Assembly (NCBI GenBank): GCA_963787105.1
Contig: CAWBBU010000013.1
Coordinates: 8,994 to 72,993 of the forward strand
Origin: an uncultured Bacillota bacterium
Lineage (GTDB): Bacteria; Sysuimicrobiota; Sysuimicrobiia; Sysuimicrobiales; Segetimicrobiaceae
DNA length: 64,000 nucleotides
Direction of reading: 5' to 3'
In this document: one piece after another, positions 41,622 through 51,248 of the stretch
Numbering within the stretch: the first letter of the stretch is position 1
Layout of the letters: each line of letters starts with the position of its first letter
Program-made: the position numbers and the translations under genes
The notes under the pieces: generated by a model
What the model saw: only the letters and a program-made list of their open reading frames with translations
Database searches by the model: none
Told to the model about the DNA's origin: nothing

Positions 41622-41804
41622 CGTGCCTGATCACGCGTGCGCCTGCAGGAGTCGCGGGAACCGCGTCGTAGTAGCGCGTCGGCTGTGCAAGCAGCCACTG
41701 GACCCGCGGGAAGGGCCGAGCCCACTTGTGTCAGGCGTGTACGGCTCCAGCCTCTGTGCAGCCGGAGTTGCGGGTCGTCGGCACAGACACGCACGGAGGT
41801 GCCT
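41622..41804 (+). ncRNA. Candidate structured 5' leader of the ankyrin gene
   Basis: Long-range stem CGTGCCTGA (41622-30) / TCAGGCGTG (41731-39) encloses hairpins CGCGG-GAA-CCGCG, GGCTGT-GCAA-GCAGCC and GGGC-CGA-GCCC. Confidence 0.4.
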
Positions 41805-43371
41805 ATGCCAGTACTCCCCGAACGCCCCGATCTGTCCCAATTGCGAACTCAGGCCAAGGACCTGCTCCGTGCGTTCCGCCGCGGAGATTCGGAAGCCGCG
41901 TCCCGCGTCCGGCAGGCGCTCCCCGCCGCGCGCGGCAAGGACGACGCCGCACTGGCGGCCCTCGAGTTTCGGCTCCATGACGCGCAGTCGTGCATCGCCC
42001 GCGAATACGGCTTCGCCTCGTGGGCAGAGTTGCGGGCGTTCGTCGACGCCCAGACCGCTCTACGGACGGGCCTCGAGGAGATGCTCGCCACATGGGTGCC
42101 GCTCGCGTACGGGCGGGGAACGCTCGCGCCGAAGCCGGCCGTCGCCGCACGGCTGCTTGAGCACCGCCCGGACCTGATCCACGCTCCGCTCGTCGCCTGC
42201 GCGGTGGGTGACAGCGTCAGGGTGCGCGCCGCGATCGAACGTGACCCCGCATGGCTCGCCCGGCCTCTCGCCCCTCTCGGGGCCCCGCCCCTCGTCGCGG
42301 TGACGCACTCGGGGTTTGCGCGCCTCCCGGGCTGGTCCGATGCCCTGCTGCGCTGCGCCGGGGTCATGCTCGACGCCGGCGCGGATCCCAACCAGTCGTG
42401 GATCGATCCCGCCTGGCCCGACTGGCCCTTGAGCGCGCTGTATGGTGCCGCGGGCAAGAACCACCACGCGGCCCTGACGGCCGCGCTGCTGCGGGCCGGC
42501 GCGAACCCGAACGACGGCGAGTCGCTGTATCACGCGGTCGAGAGCGGAGACCCGGCCTGCGCCGCCCTCTTACTTGACGCTGGGGCCGCCATCGAGGGCA
42601 CGAACGCGCTGCACCACGCGCTCGATTTCGATCCCCTCGCTCCCCTCGTGCTGCTGCTGGCGCGTGGCGCCGATCCGAATGTGCGGCTCAACGGAGACCG
42701 GCCGATCCATCACGCGATCCGGCGGGGGCGCTCGGGAGACCACGTCGCGGCGCTGCTCGACGCCGGCGCCGACCCGACCGCGACGACCGCGGACGGGATT
42801 CGCCCCTACCGGCTCGCGCTGCGGCACGGCGCGCTCGCCGTCGCCGCGCTGCTGCGGGCCCGAGGGTGTGAGGAACCGATTCCCCCCGAGGAAGAGTTTG
42901 TCGCCGCGTGCGCGCGCGGGGACGCGCCGTCGGCCGCGCGGCTCCTCGCGGCGCGAGCCCGGCGTGCTCACCCGTCTCTCCCCCGAACAGCTGCGTCTCC
43001 TGCCCGACCTCGCCGCGCTCAAACGCTGGGACGCCGTCAGGGTCATGATCGACGCCGGCTGGCCGATCGACGTCCAGGGCGGCGGCTGGAACGCGACCGC
43101 GCTGAACATCGCGGTGTTTCAGGGCAACGCCGGCCTGACGGCATGGCTGCTCGAGCGCGGCGCCGACTGGCGCGTGCCCCACGGGTACCACGACACCGTC
43201 GTCGGAACACTCAGCTATGCGTCGATCGCCGACGATGCGGACGGAGACTGGCTCGGATGCGCCCGGGCGCTCGTGGCCGCGGGAATGCCGTTGCCGCCGC
43301 CGGCGTATCGCTTCTCGGACGAGGTGAGCCGCTACTTTCGCGAGATCGCCCACGCGTCCGGAGTGGACTGA
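41805..43371 (+). CDS. Ankyrin-repeat protein with a small helical N-terminal domain, frameshift near 42955
   Basis: LPERPDLSQLRTQAKDLL...AQSCIAREYGFASW; ankyrin-like units LLDAGADPN, SALYGAAG, ESLYHAVE, NALHHALD, RPIHHAIRRG, TALNIAVFQG. GGAGG RBS. Confidence 0.85.
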
Positions 43372-43651
43372 CCCGATGGAGGGAGCACGCCCGCGGCGTC
43401 GAATGCTGCGGGGAAAGGTCGAGGATCGGGGCGCGCCATCCCCGCCGGAGCCGGACGCGGATCACGCACCAGTCGCGTTTGAGCCCGGCCGCGCACGATC
43501 CTCGGAACGAGCACACCCGTACTGAACGAGTGCTCCGCCACGCGGCGATACCATGCCGCGGCGATGAGGTGCGGGGGTGTGTCTGGACTGTGTCCCGCGT
43601 CCCGGGGGCAAAAGCACCCGTGGAGACCGCGGACCGGTCGGGAGGTGTCCC

Positions 43652-44710
43652 ATGGTTGTGACGATGTCGCGGGAGACATCCGCGGACGCGATGTACGCCG
43701 AGATGAAGGCGCGGCTCGAGCGCGTCGTGCCCGACGTCGAACTTCGGCAGAAGGCGGCGCTCGCGTGCGAGATCAACCGGCTCAAGCGGGCGCGGAACGC
43801 GGTGATCCTCGGGCACAACTATATGGAGCCCGCGCTGTTTCATTCCATCCCCGATTTCACCGGCGATTCGCTGGAACTCGCCCGCACCGCGGCCGATACC
43901 GACGCCGACATCATCGTCTTCTGCGGCGTCCAGTTCATGGCGGAAACCGCAAAAATCCTGAATCCGAGGAAGACGGTCCTGCTGCCGGCCGAGCGGGCGG
44001 GCTGTTCGCTCGCGGCCAGCATCACGGCCGCCGACGTGCGGGCGCTCAAGCAGCGATTTCCCGGCGTTCCGGTCGTCACGTACGTGAACACGTATGCCGA
44101 CGTCAAGGCCGAATCCGACATCTGCTGCACCTCCAGCAACGCCGCCGCGGTCGTCGAGTCCTTGGGGGTCGACACGGTGATCTTTCTTCCGGACGAGTAT
44201 CTCGCCAAGAACGTCGCCCGGGAGACCGGCAAGCATGTGATTTTCCCGAGCATCGTCAGCCAGCCAGCGGTGCCCGCGGGCGTCGACTATCAGCTCATCG
44301 GCTGGCACGGCCGGTGCGAGGTCCACGAGCAGTTCCGGGTGGACGACATCACCGCGATCCGGCAGCAGTTTCCCGACGTCATCGTGCTCGCCCATCCCGA
44401 GTGCAGCCCCGAGGTCGTCGCGGCGGCCGACTTCTCCGGGAGCACGACCGCGATGATCAAGCACGTGGAACGGACGACCGCGCCCCGGTACCTGCTGCTG
44501 ACGGAGTGCTCCATGGGGGACAATGTGGCCGCCGCCAATCCGGGGAAGGAAATGCTCCGGCTGTGCAGCGTCCGCTGCCCGCACATGAACCAGATCACGA
44601 TGGAGGACACGCTCCTCTCCCTCCAGCGCACCCAGTACGTGGTCGACGTGCCCGAGGAGATCCGGGTGCGCGCGGTGCGGGCCGTCGAGCGGATGCTGGC
44701 GATTGGCTGA
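43652..44710 (+). CDS. nadA: Quinolinate synthase
   Basis: AVILGHNYM, GDSLEL, VFCGVQFMAETAKILNP, AGCSLA, YVNT, CCTSSNA, GRCEVHE, AHPEC, CPHM. Confidence 0.95.
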   Translation: MVVTMSRETSADAMYAEMKARLERVVPDVELRQKAALACEINRLKRARNAVILGHNYMEPALFHSIPDFTGDSLELARTAADTDADIIVFCGVQFMAETAKILNPRKTVLLPAERAGCSLAASITAADVRALKQRFPGVPVVTYVNTYADVKAESDICCTSSNAAAVVESLGVDTVIFLPDEYLAKNVARETGKHVIFPSIVSQPAVPAGVDYQLIGWHGRCEVHEQFRVDDITAIRQQFPDVIVLAHPECSPEVVAAADFSGSTTAMIKHVERTTAPRYLLLTECSMGDNVAAANPGKEMLRLCSVRCPHMNQITMEDTLLSLQRTQYVVDVPEEIRVRAVRAVERMLAIG

Positions 44711-44764
44711 CCGGCGCCCGCACTCTCTCGCGGCCGAACGGTCGGCTCGAGGACGGGAGCGGCG

Positions 44765-45856
44765 ATGCCGGACGCGCACGTAAACGGCGTGCGGCTCCAC
44801 TACACCGTCACCGGCGAGGGATTCCCGCTCGTGTTCGTCCACGAATTCGCCGGCGACGGCCTCAGCTGGGAGCCCCAGGTCCGATTCTTCGCGCGGCGCT
44901 ACCAAGTCATCACCTACCACGCCCGCGGGTACCCGCCGTCTGGCGTGCCCGAGGATCCGGCGGCGTACTCCCAAGACCTCGCGGTCGCCGATCTCCACGG
45001 CCTGCTCCGCCATCTCGGACTCGCACAGGCGCATCTGTGCGGGCTGTCGATGGGCGCGTTCGCGGTGCTGCACTTCGGCCTCCGGCATCCGGAGATGGCG
45101 CGCGCGCTCGTGGTCGCGGGATGCGGATCCGGATCGGACGACCCGCAGGAATTCGCGCGCGAGTCCGACGCGCGCGCGCGGATGATCGAGCAGGACGGCA
45201 TGGAGGCGTTCGCCGCCGAGTATGCCCAGGGATCGACGCGCCAGCCGTTTCGTCGCAAGGACCCGCAGGGCTGGGAAGAGTTTCGCGACGCGTTCATCCG
45301 GCACTCGGGGCCCGGCAGCGCCCGAACCCTCCGCGGAGTCCAGGCGCGCCGTCCGACCATCTACACGTTCGAGCCGCAGCTTCGCCGCCTCCCGGTGCCG
45401 ACGATGATCGTGAACGGCGATCAGGACGAGCCGTGCCTTGTGCCCGGACTGTTCCTCAATCGGCAGATCCCCGGCGCCCGCCTGCTGGTCCTCCCCGACA
45501 CCGGGCATACGATGAATCTCGAGGAGCCTGCGGTGTTTAACCACGCGGTGCTCGACTTTCTGACGCTTGTCGATACCGGCCGGTGGCCCGCGCCGGATCC
45601 GACGCCGCGCCCCCCGCGTAGCGGAGGGGCGGCGTTTCCCGGCTCGGTCCGCCCCGCCCCCGGATACACCTCGAGGGGCGCGGAAACCGCGCCCCTCGAC
45701 GATCGCCCGGCGTGCCCGCGCTACTTCGCGGGATCCCCGCCGCCCTCTCGGGTCTCACTCGCGTCGCGGTCCTGGTCCTTGGCCTTGCCCAGCTTCTTCT
45801 CTTTGATCTTCTTCGACATGATGATGCGGTCGCCGATGGTCGCCTCGATCACGTAG
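44765..45856 (+). CDS. Alpha/beta hydrolase; true C-terminus probably near 45600-45720
   Basis: VFVHEFAG, ARGYPPS, GLSMG nucleophile, GDQDEPC, GHTMNLEEP. The tail past 45600 is low-complexity and runs over an opposite-strand gene. Confidence 0.8.
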   Translation: MPDAHVNGVRLHYTVTGEGFPLVFVHEFAGDGLSWEPQVRFFARRYQVITYHARGYPPSGVPEDPAAYSQDLAVADLHGLLRHLGLAQAHLCGLSMGAFAVLHFGLRHPEMARALVVAGCGSGSDDPQEFARESDARARMIEQDGMEAFAAEYAQGSTRQPFRRKDPQGWEEFRDAFIRHSGPGSARTLRGVQARRPTIYTFEPQLRRLPVPTMIVNGDQDEPCLVPGLFLNRQIPGARLLVLPDTGHTMNLEEPAVFNHAVLDFLTLVDTGRWPAPDPTPRPPRSGGAAFPGSVRPAPGYTSRGAETAPLDDRPACPRYFAGSPPPSRVSLASRSWSLALPSFFSLIFFDMMMRSPMVASIT

Positions 45857-45942
45857 CCGTCGGCCGCGTAGTGATTGAGCGCGCCCGACACTTCCTGGCC
45901 GCGGGTGACCTTGATCTCGACAAAGTGCCGCCGATTCGCCAT
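45721..45942 (-). CDS. Small hypothetical protein (DUF4177-like pattern)
   Basis: GGGAGG RBS 6 nt before ATG; 73 aa, ...GALNHYAADGYVIE...IMSKK. Confidence 0.6.
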   Translation of the reverse strand: MANRRHFVEIKVTRGQEVSGALNHYAADGYVIEATIGDRIIMSKKIKEKKLGKAKDQDRDASETREGGGDPAK

Positions 45943-45997
45943 CGAAGCCCTCCCGTTCGATCGCCCGGTGTGAGCCGCCGTGCAGTAGAATGTTGGC

Positions 45998-46073
45998 TGG
46001 TGGCCCCAGGGGAATTCGAATCCCCGTTTCGGCCTTGAGAGGGCCGCGTCCTAGGCCTCTAGACGATGGGGCC
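45998..46073 (-). tRNA. tRNA-Glu (anticodon CUC)
   Basis: GGCCCCA acceptor stem, anticodon arm CGGCC-CT-CTC-AA-GGCCG, T loop ATTCGAAT, encoded CCA, 76 nt. Confidence 0.95.
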
Positions 46074-46094
46074 AGCGTTGTAAAACCGATACGA

Positions 46095-46123
46095 AGTATA
46101 CCAACTGGGATCGTGCGAGGCAA
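46095..46123 (-). promoter_or_regulatory. Sigma70 promoter of tRNA-Glu
   Basis: TTGCCT - 17 bp - TATACT on the minus strand. Confidence 0.7.
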
Positions 46124-46179
46124 ACAGCCGCGGACGGACTGTGCCGCCGCGGCGCATCTCACGCGTGGAGGCGTCGCCG

Positions 46180-47007
46180 ATGCGAGGGTCTCTGCAGTCG
46201 ACGGTCACCCTAAACAGCGGGCTCCCCATGCCGATCCTCGGCTTGGGTGTCTGGCGGCTGTCCCCCGGAGCCGAGACGATTCGGGTGACCGCCGACGCGC
46301 TGGCCCTCGGCTATCGGCTGATTGATACCGCGGCTGGCTATGAGAACGAGCACGACGTCGGCGTCGCCCTGCGCTTGAGCGAGATCCCGCGCGGCGAGGT
46401 GTTCGTGACGACGAAGCTCCTCACGGAGGATCACGGGTACGACTCGGCGCTGCGCGGGTTTGACACCTCCCTCGGCCGGCTCGGCATGGACTACGTGGAC
46501 CTGTACCTGATCCACTGGCCGCGCTCCGCCAAGCGTGGGGAGAGCTGGCGCGCGATGGAGCAGATCCTGGCGAGCGGCCGCGCGCGCGCGATCGGGGTCA
46601 GCAACTACGCAGAACGTCATCTCACCGAACTGCTGGAGCACGCCGGCGTCGTGCCGGCGGTGAACCAGGTCGAGTTCTCCGTGTTCCTCTTCCAGCACCA
46701 GCTCCTCGAGTTCTGCCGCGCACGCGGCATCCAGCTCGAAGCGTACGCGCCCCTCACTAAAGGCCGTCGGCTCGAGGACTCGCGGATCGCGGCGATTGCC
46801 CACCACCACGGCCGGACGATTCCCCAGGTGATGATCCGGTGGGTGATCCAGCACGGCGTCGTCACGATCCCCAAGACATCGCGGCGCGAGCGGCTGGTTG
46901 AGAACGCGCAGACGGTCGAGTTTGAGCTGACGCCGGACGAGATGGCGGCCCTCGACGCGCTCAACGAAGGCTACCGCACCACGACGGATCCGGACACCAT
47001 CGCGTAG
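46180..47007 (+). CDS. Aldo/keto reductase (DkgA/YtbE-like)
   Basis: GYRLIDTAAGYENE, VFVTTKL, DYVDLYLIHWP, RAIGVSNY, VTIPKT. Confidence 0.92.
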   Translation: MRGSLQSTVTLNSGLPMPILGLGVWRLSPGAETIRVTADALALGYRLIDTAAGYENEHDVGVALRLSEIPRGEVFVTTKLLTEDHGYDSALRGFDTSLGRLGMDYVDLYLIHWPRSAKRGESWRAMEQILASGRARAIGVSNYAERHLTELLEHAGVVPAVNQVEFSVFLFQHQLLEFCRARGIQLEAYAPLTKGRRLEDSRIAAIAHHHGRTIPQVMIRWVIQHGVVTIPKTSRRERLVENAQTVEFELTPDEMAALDALNEGYRTTTDPDTIA

Positions 47008-47084
47008 GACGGCCGGCGAGGCCCGCCCGGAGACGCCGCATTCCGGACAGGGAGGGCCGCGGGGGCCGCGAATGCACACGCGAC

Positions 47085-48152
47085 ATGAGTGACACGCCCG
47101 GGACACCGACACGTACGCTCCGCGAGCGGCTCGCCGGCGACGGCGCGGTGCTCTGTGCGGAGGGCTACCTGTTCGAGCTCGAACGGCGGGGCTACCTCCA
47201 GGCCGGCGCCTACGTCCCGGAGGTGGTGCTGGACCATCCCGAGGTCGTGGCGCAGCTGCACCGGGAGTTCGCGCGCGCGGGCAGCGACGTCATCGAGGCA
47301 TTCACGTACTACGGCCACCGCGAGAAGCTGCGCCTCATCGGCAAGGAAGACCGGCTGGAGGCGCTGCAGCGCAACGCGCTCTCGATCGCCGCGGCGGTGG
47401 CGGCGGAGCGGCCCGGCGAGCGTCCGCTCGTCGCCGGGAACATCTCGAACACGACGATCTACGCGCCGGGGGACGCGGCCGTGGCCCGCGAGGTCCGCGC
47501 GATGTTCGACGAGCAGGTCGCCTGGGCGGCCGACGCCGGGGTCGACATGATCATTGCCGAAACGTTCTCCTACCACGGCGAGGCACTGCTCGCGCTCGAG
47601 GCGATCACCCGGGCAGGGCTGCCCGCGGTCGTCACGCTCGCGGTGCATTTGGAGGGACTCCGCGACGCGGTCGGGGTCAACGAGAGCGCCCGAGCGCTGG
47701 AACAGGCCGGAGCCGCGGTGGTCGGGCTCAACTGCGCCCGGGGGCCCAAGACGATGCTGCCGCTGCTGCGCGCGCTCCGCAAGGCGGTATCGTGCCCCGT
47801 CGCCGGATTGCCGGTCCCCTACCGGACGACCCGACGCCATGCGACGTTTCAGTCGCTCCACGACCGCGGCGCCACGGATCTGCCCGGAGGACGCCCGTTT
47901 CCCACGGCCCTGGACCCCTTTACGTGCAATCGCTACGAGATGGCGGCGTTTGCCCGCGCGGCGTATGACCTCGGCATTCGCTACCTCGGCGTCTGCTGCG
48001 GCGGCGCGCCGCATCACGTGCGGGCGATGGCCGAGGCGCTGGGCCGCACGACGGAGGCCAGCCGCTACGCCCCGGACATGTCGAAGCACTACGCCTTCGG
48101 GACCGATGCGCGGCTCCGGCAGCACAACCGCGCGTACACGGGCAAGCTATGA
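47085..48152 (+). CDS. Homocysteine S-methyltransferase family (betaine-homocysteine methyltransferase-like)
   Basis: AEGYLFELERRGY, FARAGSDVIEAFTYYGHREK, Zn ligands GLNCARGP and GVCCG. Confidence 0.85.
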   Translation: MSDTPGTPTRTLRERLAGDGAVLCAEGYLFELERRGYLQAGAYVPEVVLDHPEVVAQLHREFARAGSDVIEAFTYYGHREKLRLIGKEDRLEALQRNALSIAAAVAAERPGERPLVAGNISNTTIYAPGDAAVAREVRAMFDEQVAWAADAGVDMIIAETFSYHGEALLALEAITRAGLPAVVTLAVHLEGLRDAVGVNESARALEQAGAAVVGLNCARGPKTMLPLLRALRKAVSCPVAGLPVPYRTTRRHATFQSLHDRGATDLPGGRPFPTALDPFTCNRYEMAAFARAAYDLGIRYLGVCCGGAPHHVRAMAEALGRTTEASRYAPDMSKHYAFGTDARLRQHNRAYTGKL

Positions 48153-48189
48153 CGGCCGCCGCACACCTCGCCGAGCCAGGAGACCGGAC

Positions 48190-49518
48190 GTGGGGCTCCC
48201 GACCCACACGAAGTACCTGATCGTCGGCGCCGGCGTCCACGGGCTGAGCACCGGGTATCACCTGGCGCGGGAGCTTCGCGCGCGCGGCAAGGGGAGCGGC
48301 GCCGACATCCTGATCGTGGACAAGACCGGCGTCGCCGCCGGCGCCTCCGGCATCGCCTGCGGCGTGATCCGCAACAACTATTTTCAGCCCGCGATGCGGG
48401 CGCTCATGGCGCACAGCGTTGGCGTCTGGGAGAGTGATCCCGAGGCGCTGAGCTATCACCCGGTCGGCTACATGCAGATCAGCCCGGAAGTCATGCGCGA
48501 CGGGGTGGCGTCGATCCATGCGCAGCAGCGGGCGATCGGCTACCCGTCGGTGTTCATCGAAGGCGCCCGAGACTCCCTCGCCTATATGCGTGGCATCTTC
48601 CACGACTGGCAGGCGACGGGCATCACGTCGGTGCTGCACGAGCTGAAGGGTGGATACGCGAACAACAGGGCCGCGATGTCCGGCCTCGCGCACAAAGCCC
48701 GTGCCGAGGGGGTCCGCATCGAGCCGGGCGTTCGCGTGCGGGGCCTGCGGCTCTCCGGCGGGGCGGTGGCCGCGGTGGAGACCGACCGCGGGGACGTGTC
48801 CGTGGACCACGTGGTGGTCGGGGTCGGCCCGTGGATCCGGTCGCTCTGGGCGATGCTCGACCTCCCGATGGCGATCACCGTCCGAGAGAACGGCGTGCCC
48901 CACGCCGGCGTCACGATGTGGCGCTACATGTGCCTGCAGGAAGGCACCCTCGGCGTGGACCCGACGCTACAACAGACCAACGACGGGCGGATGCCGCCGG
49001 TGATCCACGTCGACACGGACGCGCCGCTGCGCGCCGACCCCGGCGGTGCCTTGATCACCGACCAACTGTGGGGCATCTACTACAAGCCGGACTTCATGTT
49101 TAACGGGGTCCAGGGCGGCGGAGCCCCGTATCTGGTGGACAAGGACGAGGTGCACATCGACCCCTACGGGCCCGCCTCTCCCGAGTTCGTGGTCGGTGAG
49201 GAGTTCGTCCGAACATGGTGCTCCGGGCTGGCCTTCTGCCAGAAGCGATTCGAAGGACAATCCCATCTGTACCGGCACGAGCCTTCCGGAGGCCTCGGCG
49301 CGTTCACCCCAGACAACTTTCCGGTGTGTGATCTGTTCCGCCAAAATTGCTACGTGATCGCGGACTCCAACCACGGCTACAAGATGATCGGCGTCGGCGC
49401 GCTGGTCGCGAAAGAGATCCTGGGGGAACCGAGCGCGATCCTCGAGCCGTTTCGATTCTCGCGCTACGCCGAAGGAAAGCTGCACCCGGTGTCCGCCAGC
49501 CCGTTTCCCTGGAGCTGA
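48190..49518 (+). CDS. FAD-dependent oxidoreductase (DAO / sarcosine oxidase beta-like)
   Basis: YLIVGAGVHGLSTGYHLA, GASGIACGVIRNNY, AFTPDNFP, HGYKMIG. AGGAG RBS before GTG. Confidence 0.82.
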   Translation: MGLPTHTKYLIVGAGVHGLSTGYHLARELRARGKGSGADILIVDKTGVAAGASGIACGVIRNNYFQPAMRALMAHSVGVWESDPEALSYHPVGYMQISPEVMRDGVASIHAQQRAIGYPSVFIEGARDSLAYMRGIFHDWQATGITSVLHELKGGYANNRAAMSGLAHKARAEGVRIEPGVRVRGLRLSGGAVAAVETDRGDVSVDHVVVGVGPWIRSLWAMLDLPMAITVRENGVPHAGVTMWRYMCLQEGTLGVDPTLQQTNDGRMPPVIHVDTDAPLRADPGGALITDQLWGIYYKPDFMFNGVQGGGAPYLVDKDEVHIDPYGPASPEFVVGEEFVRTWCSGLAFCQKRFEGQSHLYRHEPSGGLGAFTPDNFPVCDLFRQNCYVIADSNHGYKMIGVGALVAKEILGEPSAILEPFRFSRYAEGKLHPVSASPFPWS

Positions 49519-49535
49519 CGCGACGGCCGGTCGGA

Positions 49536-50411
49536 TCAGTGGTTCGTCAGAAAGCCGTGCCACATCTCGCCCGAGTCCTCGAACTCCCCGAGCATCTGGC
49601 CGGCGCTGTTCACCCCGCATGCGATCGTCGCCACGGCGGCCGGCAGCGAGACCGTGGTCACGACGCCGTCGCGCGTGCGGGAGAACGCATACCACATCCC
49701 GCTGAAGTCCTGATACGCGCCGACGACATCTCCGCGGTTGTTGATGCCCGCCGCGTCGGTGTGAAACTGTCCGCGCACGTCGATCGTCGTCAGACGGCCC
49801 ACGCGCGTTCGCAGGTAGCCGTGGACCACGTAATTCGTGTCCACAAAGCTCCCCACGATATCTCCCCCGTCGTTCACGCCGGCGGCGCTTGTCGTCATCG
49901 CCGCCGGCACGTCGAGCGTCGTCACCGCGCCATCTGGGGTCCGCGCGAACCCGTGCGTCTTTCCCGCCGCGTCCACAAAGTAGCCGGCGATCTCGCCGGC
50001 CTTGTTGATCCCAAACGCACGCGTGACCGAGGCCCCGGCCACGTCGATCGTCGTAAATACCCCGGCAGGGTTTCGCAGATATCCGTGGGTCTGGTTCGCC
50101 GCGTCGATGAAATCGCCGACGATCTGTCCGGACGCGTTGACGCCGTGCGCGTGCGTCCCGACCGCCTGCGGCGCGTCAAAGGACGTGACCGCGCCGCTGA
50201 CTCCCACCCGCGCGAATCCATGCCAGCGATCGTCGGAACCCTGATAGTGACCGACGATCTCGCCCGCGTCGTTCATCCCGAATGCGTACGTGCCGATCGC
50301 ATCGGGCACGTCGATCATCGCGAACGCCGGGGAGTCGGCGAATCCGGGACGCGTGGCGGCGAGCACAAGACCCACGCTCAGCACCGCGAGCCAGCAGGCG
50401 GTTGGGCGCAT
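49536..50411 (-). CDS. Secreted six-repeat beta-propeller protein (HAF-repeat-like)
   Basis: Signal peptide followed by six ~44-aa repeats of the form T.IDV...T.A.G(I/V)N..G.IVG.(F/Y).D.....HG(F/Y).R. Confidence 0.8.
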   Translation of the reverse strand: MRPTACWLAVLSVGLVLAATRPGFADSPAFAMIDVPDAIGTYAFGMNDAGEIVGHYQGSDDRWHGFARVGVSGAVTSFDAPQAVGTHAHGVNASGQIVGDFIDAANQTHGYLRNPAGVFTTIDVAGASVTRAFGINKAGEIAGYFVDAAGKTHGFARTPDGAVTTLDVPAAMTTSAAGVNDGGDIVGSFVDTNYVVHGYLRTRVGRLTTIDVRGQFHTDAAGINNRGDVVGAYQDFSGMWYAFSRTRDGVVTTVSLPAAVATIACGVNSAGQMLGEFEDSGEMWHGFLTNH

Positions 50412-50527
50412 TCGGCACTCCGATCTGGATCCGCGCTCACCGACGCTCATCGGTCTCGGCGGCGCGGCCTACCACTGCAGCGTCCAGGTATGGCACGGGG
50501 CGCGTCCGTCATGGCAAACGTCTCGGT

Positions 50528-50974
50528 CTATTTTGACGACCCGGACAGCGTGACCGTACACGAGCGCGAATAGGGCGCTCCCGCGGTGCCCGGGTAATGC
50601 CACTGCTGCGCGCCTGAAAGCTGAGCCATCTTGCCATCGAACTGACCTTGATAGGTTGCGACGAAATCAACTCCAGTCCCCGATGCGGTCTCGTTCAGGG
50701 TCACAGCACCGTCCGGAGAGACCGTGCCCTTCCCTTGCGCGTTGGTCCCACTCGGGGTCACCGTGTTCACGCGGTAGATCGCCCGCGTGAATTGGGTTTG
50801 GCCGTCCTTGAAGGTGACGAGAAACGGTTCGTTCTGGAGCGCCGGCTGCGAGGGCGTCGCATCACAGGACATGCTCGCATTGTACCTCCCGTCGTAGCTG
50901 GTGGAATCGGCCGCCGCCAGCGATGGAGAGACGCAGATGAGGAAGGCGCACGCCAGCAGCAGACGTCTCTTCAT
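50528..50974 (-). CDS. Secreted hypothetical beta-rich protein
   Basis: Signal peptide MKRRLLLACAFLICVSPSLA; Ser/Thr/Gly-rich mature part with two Cys. Confidence 0.7.
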   Translation of the reverse strand: MKRRLLLACAFLICVSPSLAAADSTSYDGRYNASMSCDATPSQPALQNEPFLVTFKDGQTQFTRAIYRVNTVTPSGTNAQGKGTVSPDGAVTLNETASGTGVDFVATYQGQFDGKMAQLSGAQQWHYPGTAGAPYSRSCTVTLSGSSK

Positions 50975-51248
50975 GGCTGGATCACCTCTTCGAGTCGCCG
51001 TCCCTGAACGGCCGGTCGGGTGGTGTCGCGCAGCGCCGACGTGGGTTCGCCGTGCGTCGCAGGTGGTCCTGTGCTCGCGGTACGCTATGCCGCTCCGATC
51101 GGGACGTGGGGTCTACCGAGTTTCGTTCAGGCGCGGATGCGGCTGGTGGCGACTAGCCAGGGCGGCAGGATCGGACGATGGTGCCGCACGGGTACGTGAC
51201 TGCGCCCACGTCCGACGAGTTACGCGCTGGCCTTCGTCCGGCCCGGAC

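Noticed and set aside
45600-45856. C-terminal domain on the alpha/beta hydrolase
   Set aside because: It is low-complexity and runs antisense through the 45721-45942 gene. It is most likely read-through caused by another indel.
51141-51150. GGCTGGTGGC matching the tRNA-Glu 3' end (45995-46004) as an att site
   Set aside because: It is only 10 bp in GC-rich DNA and there is no integrase, so a chance match is plausible.
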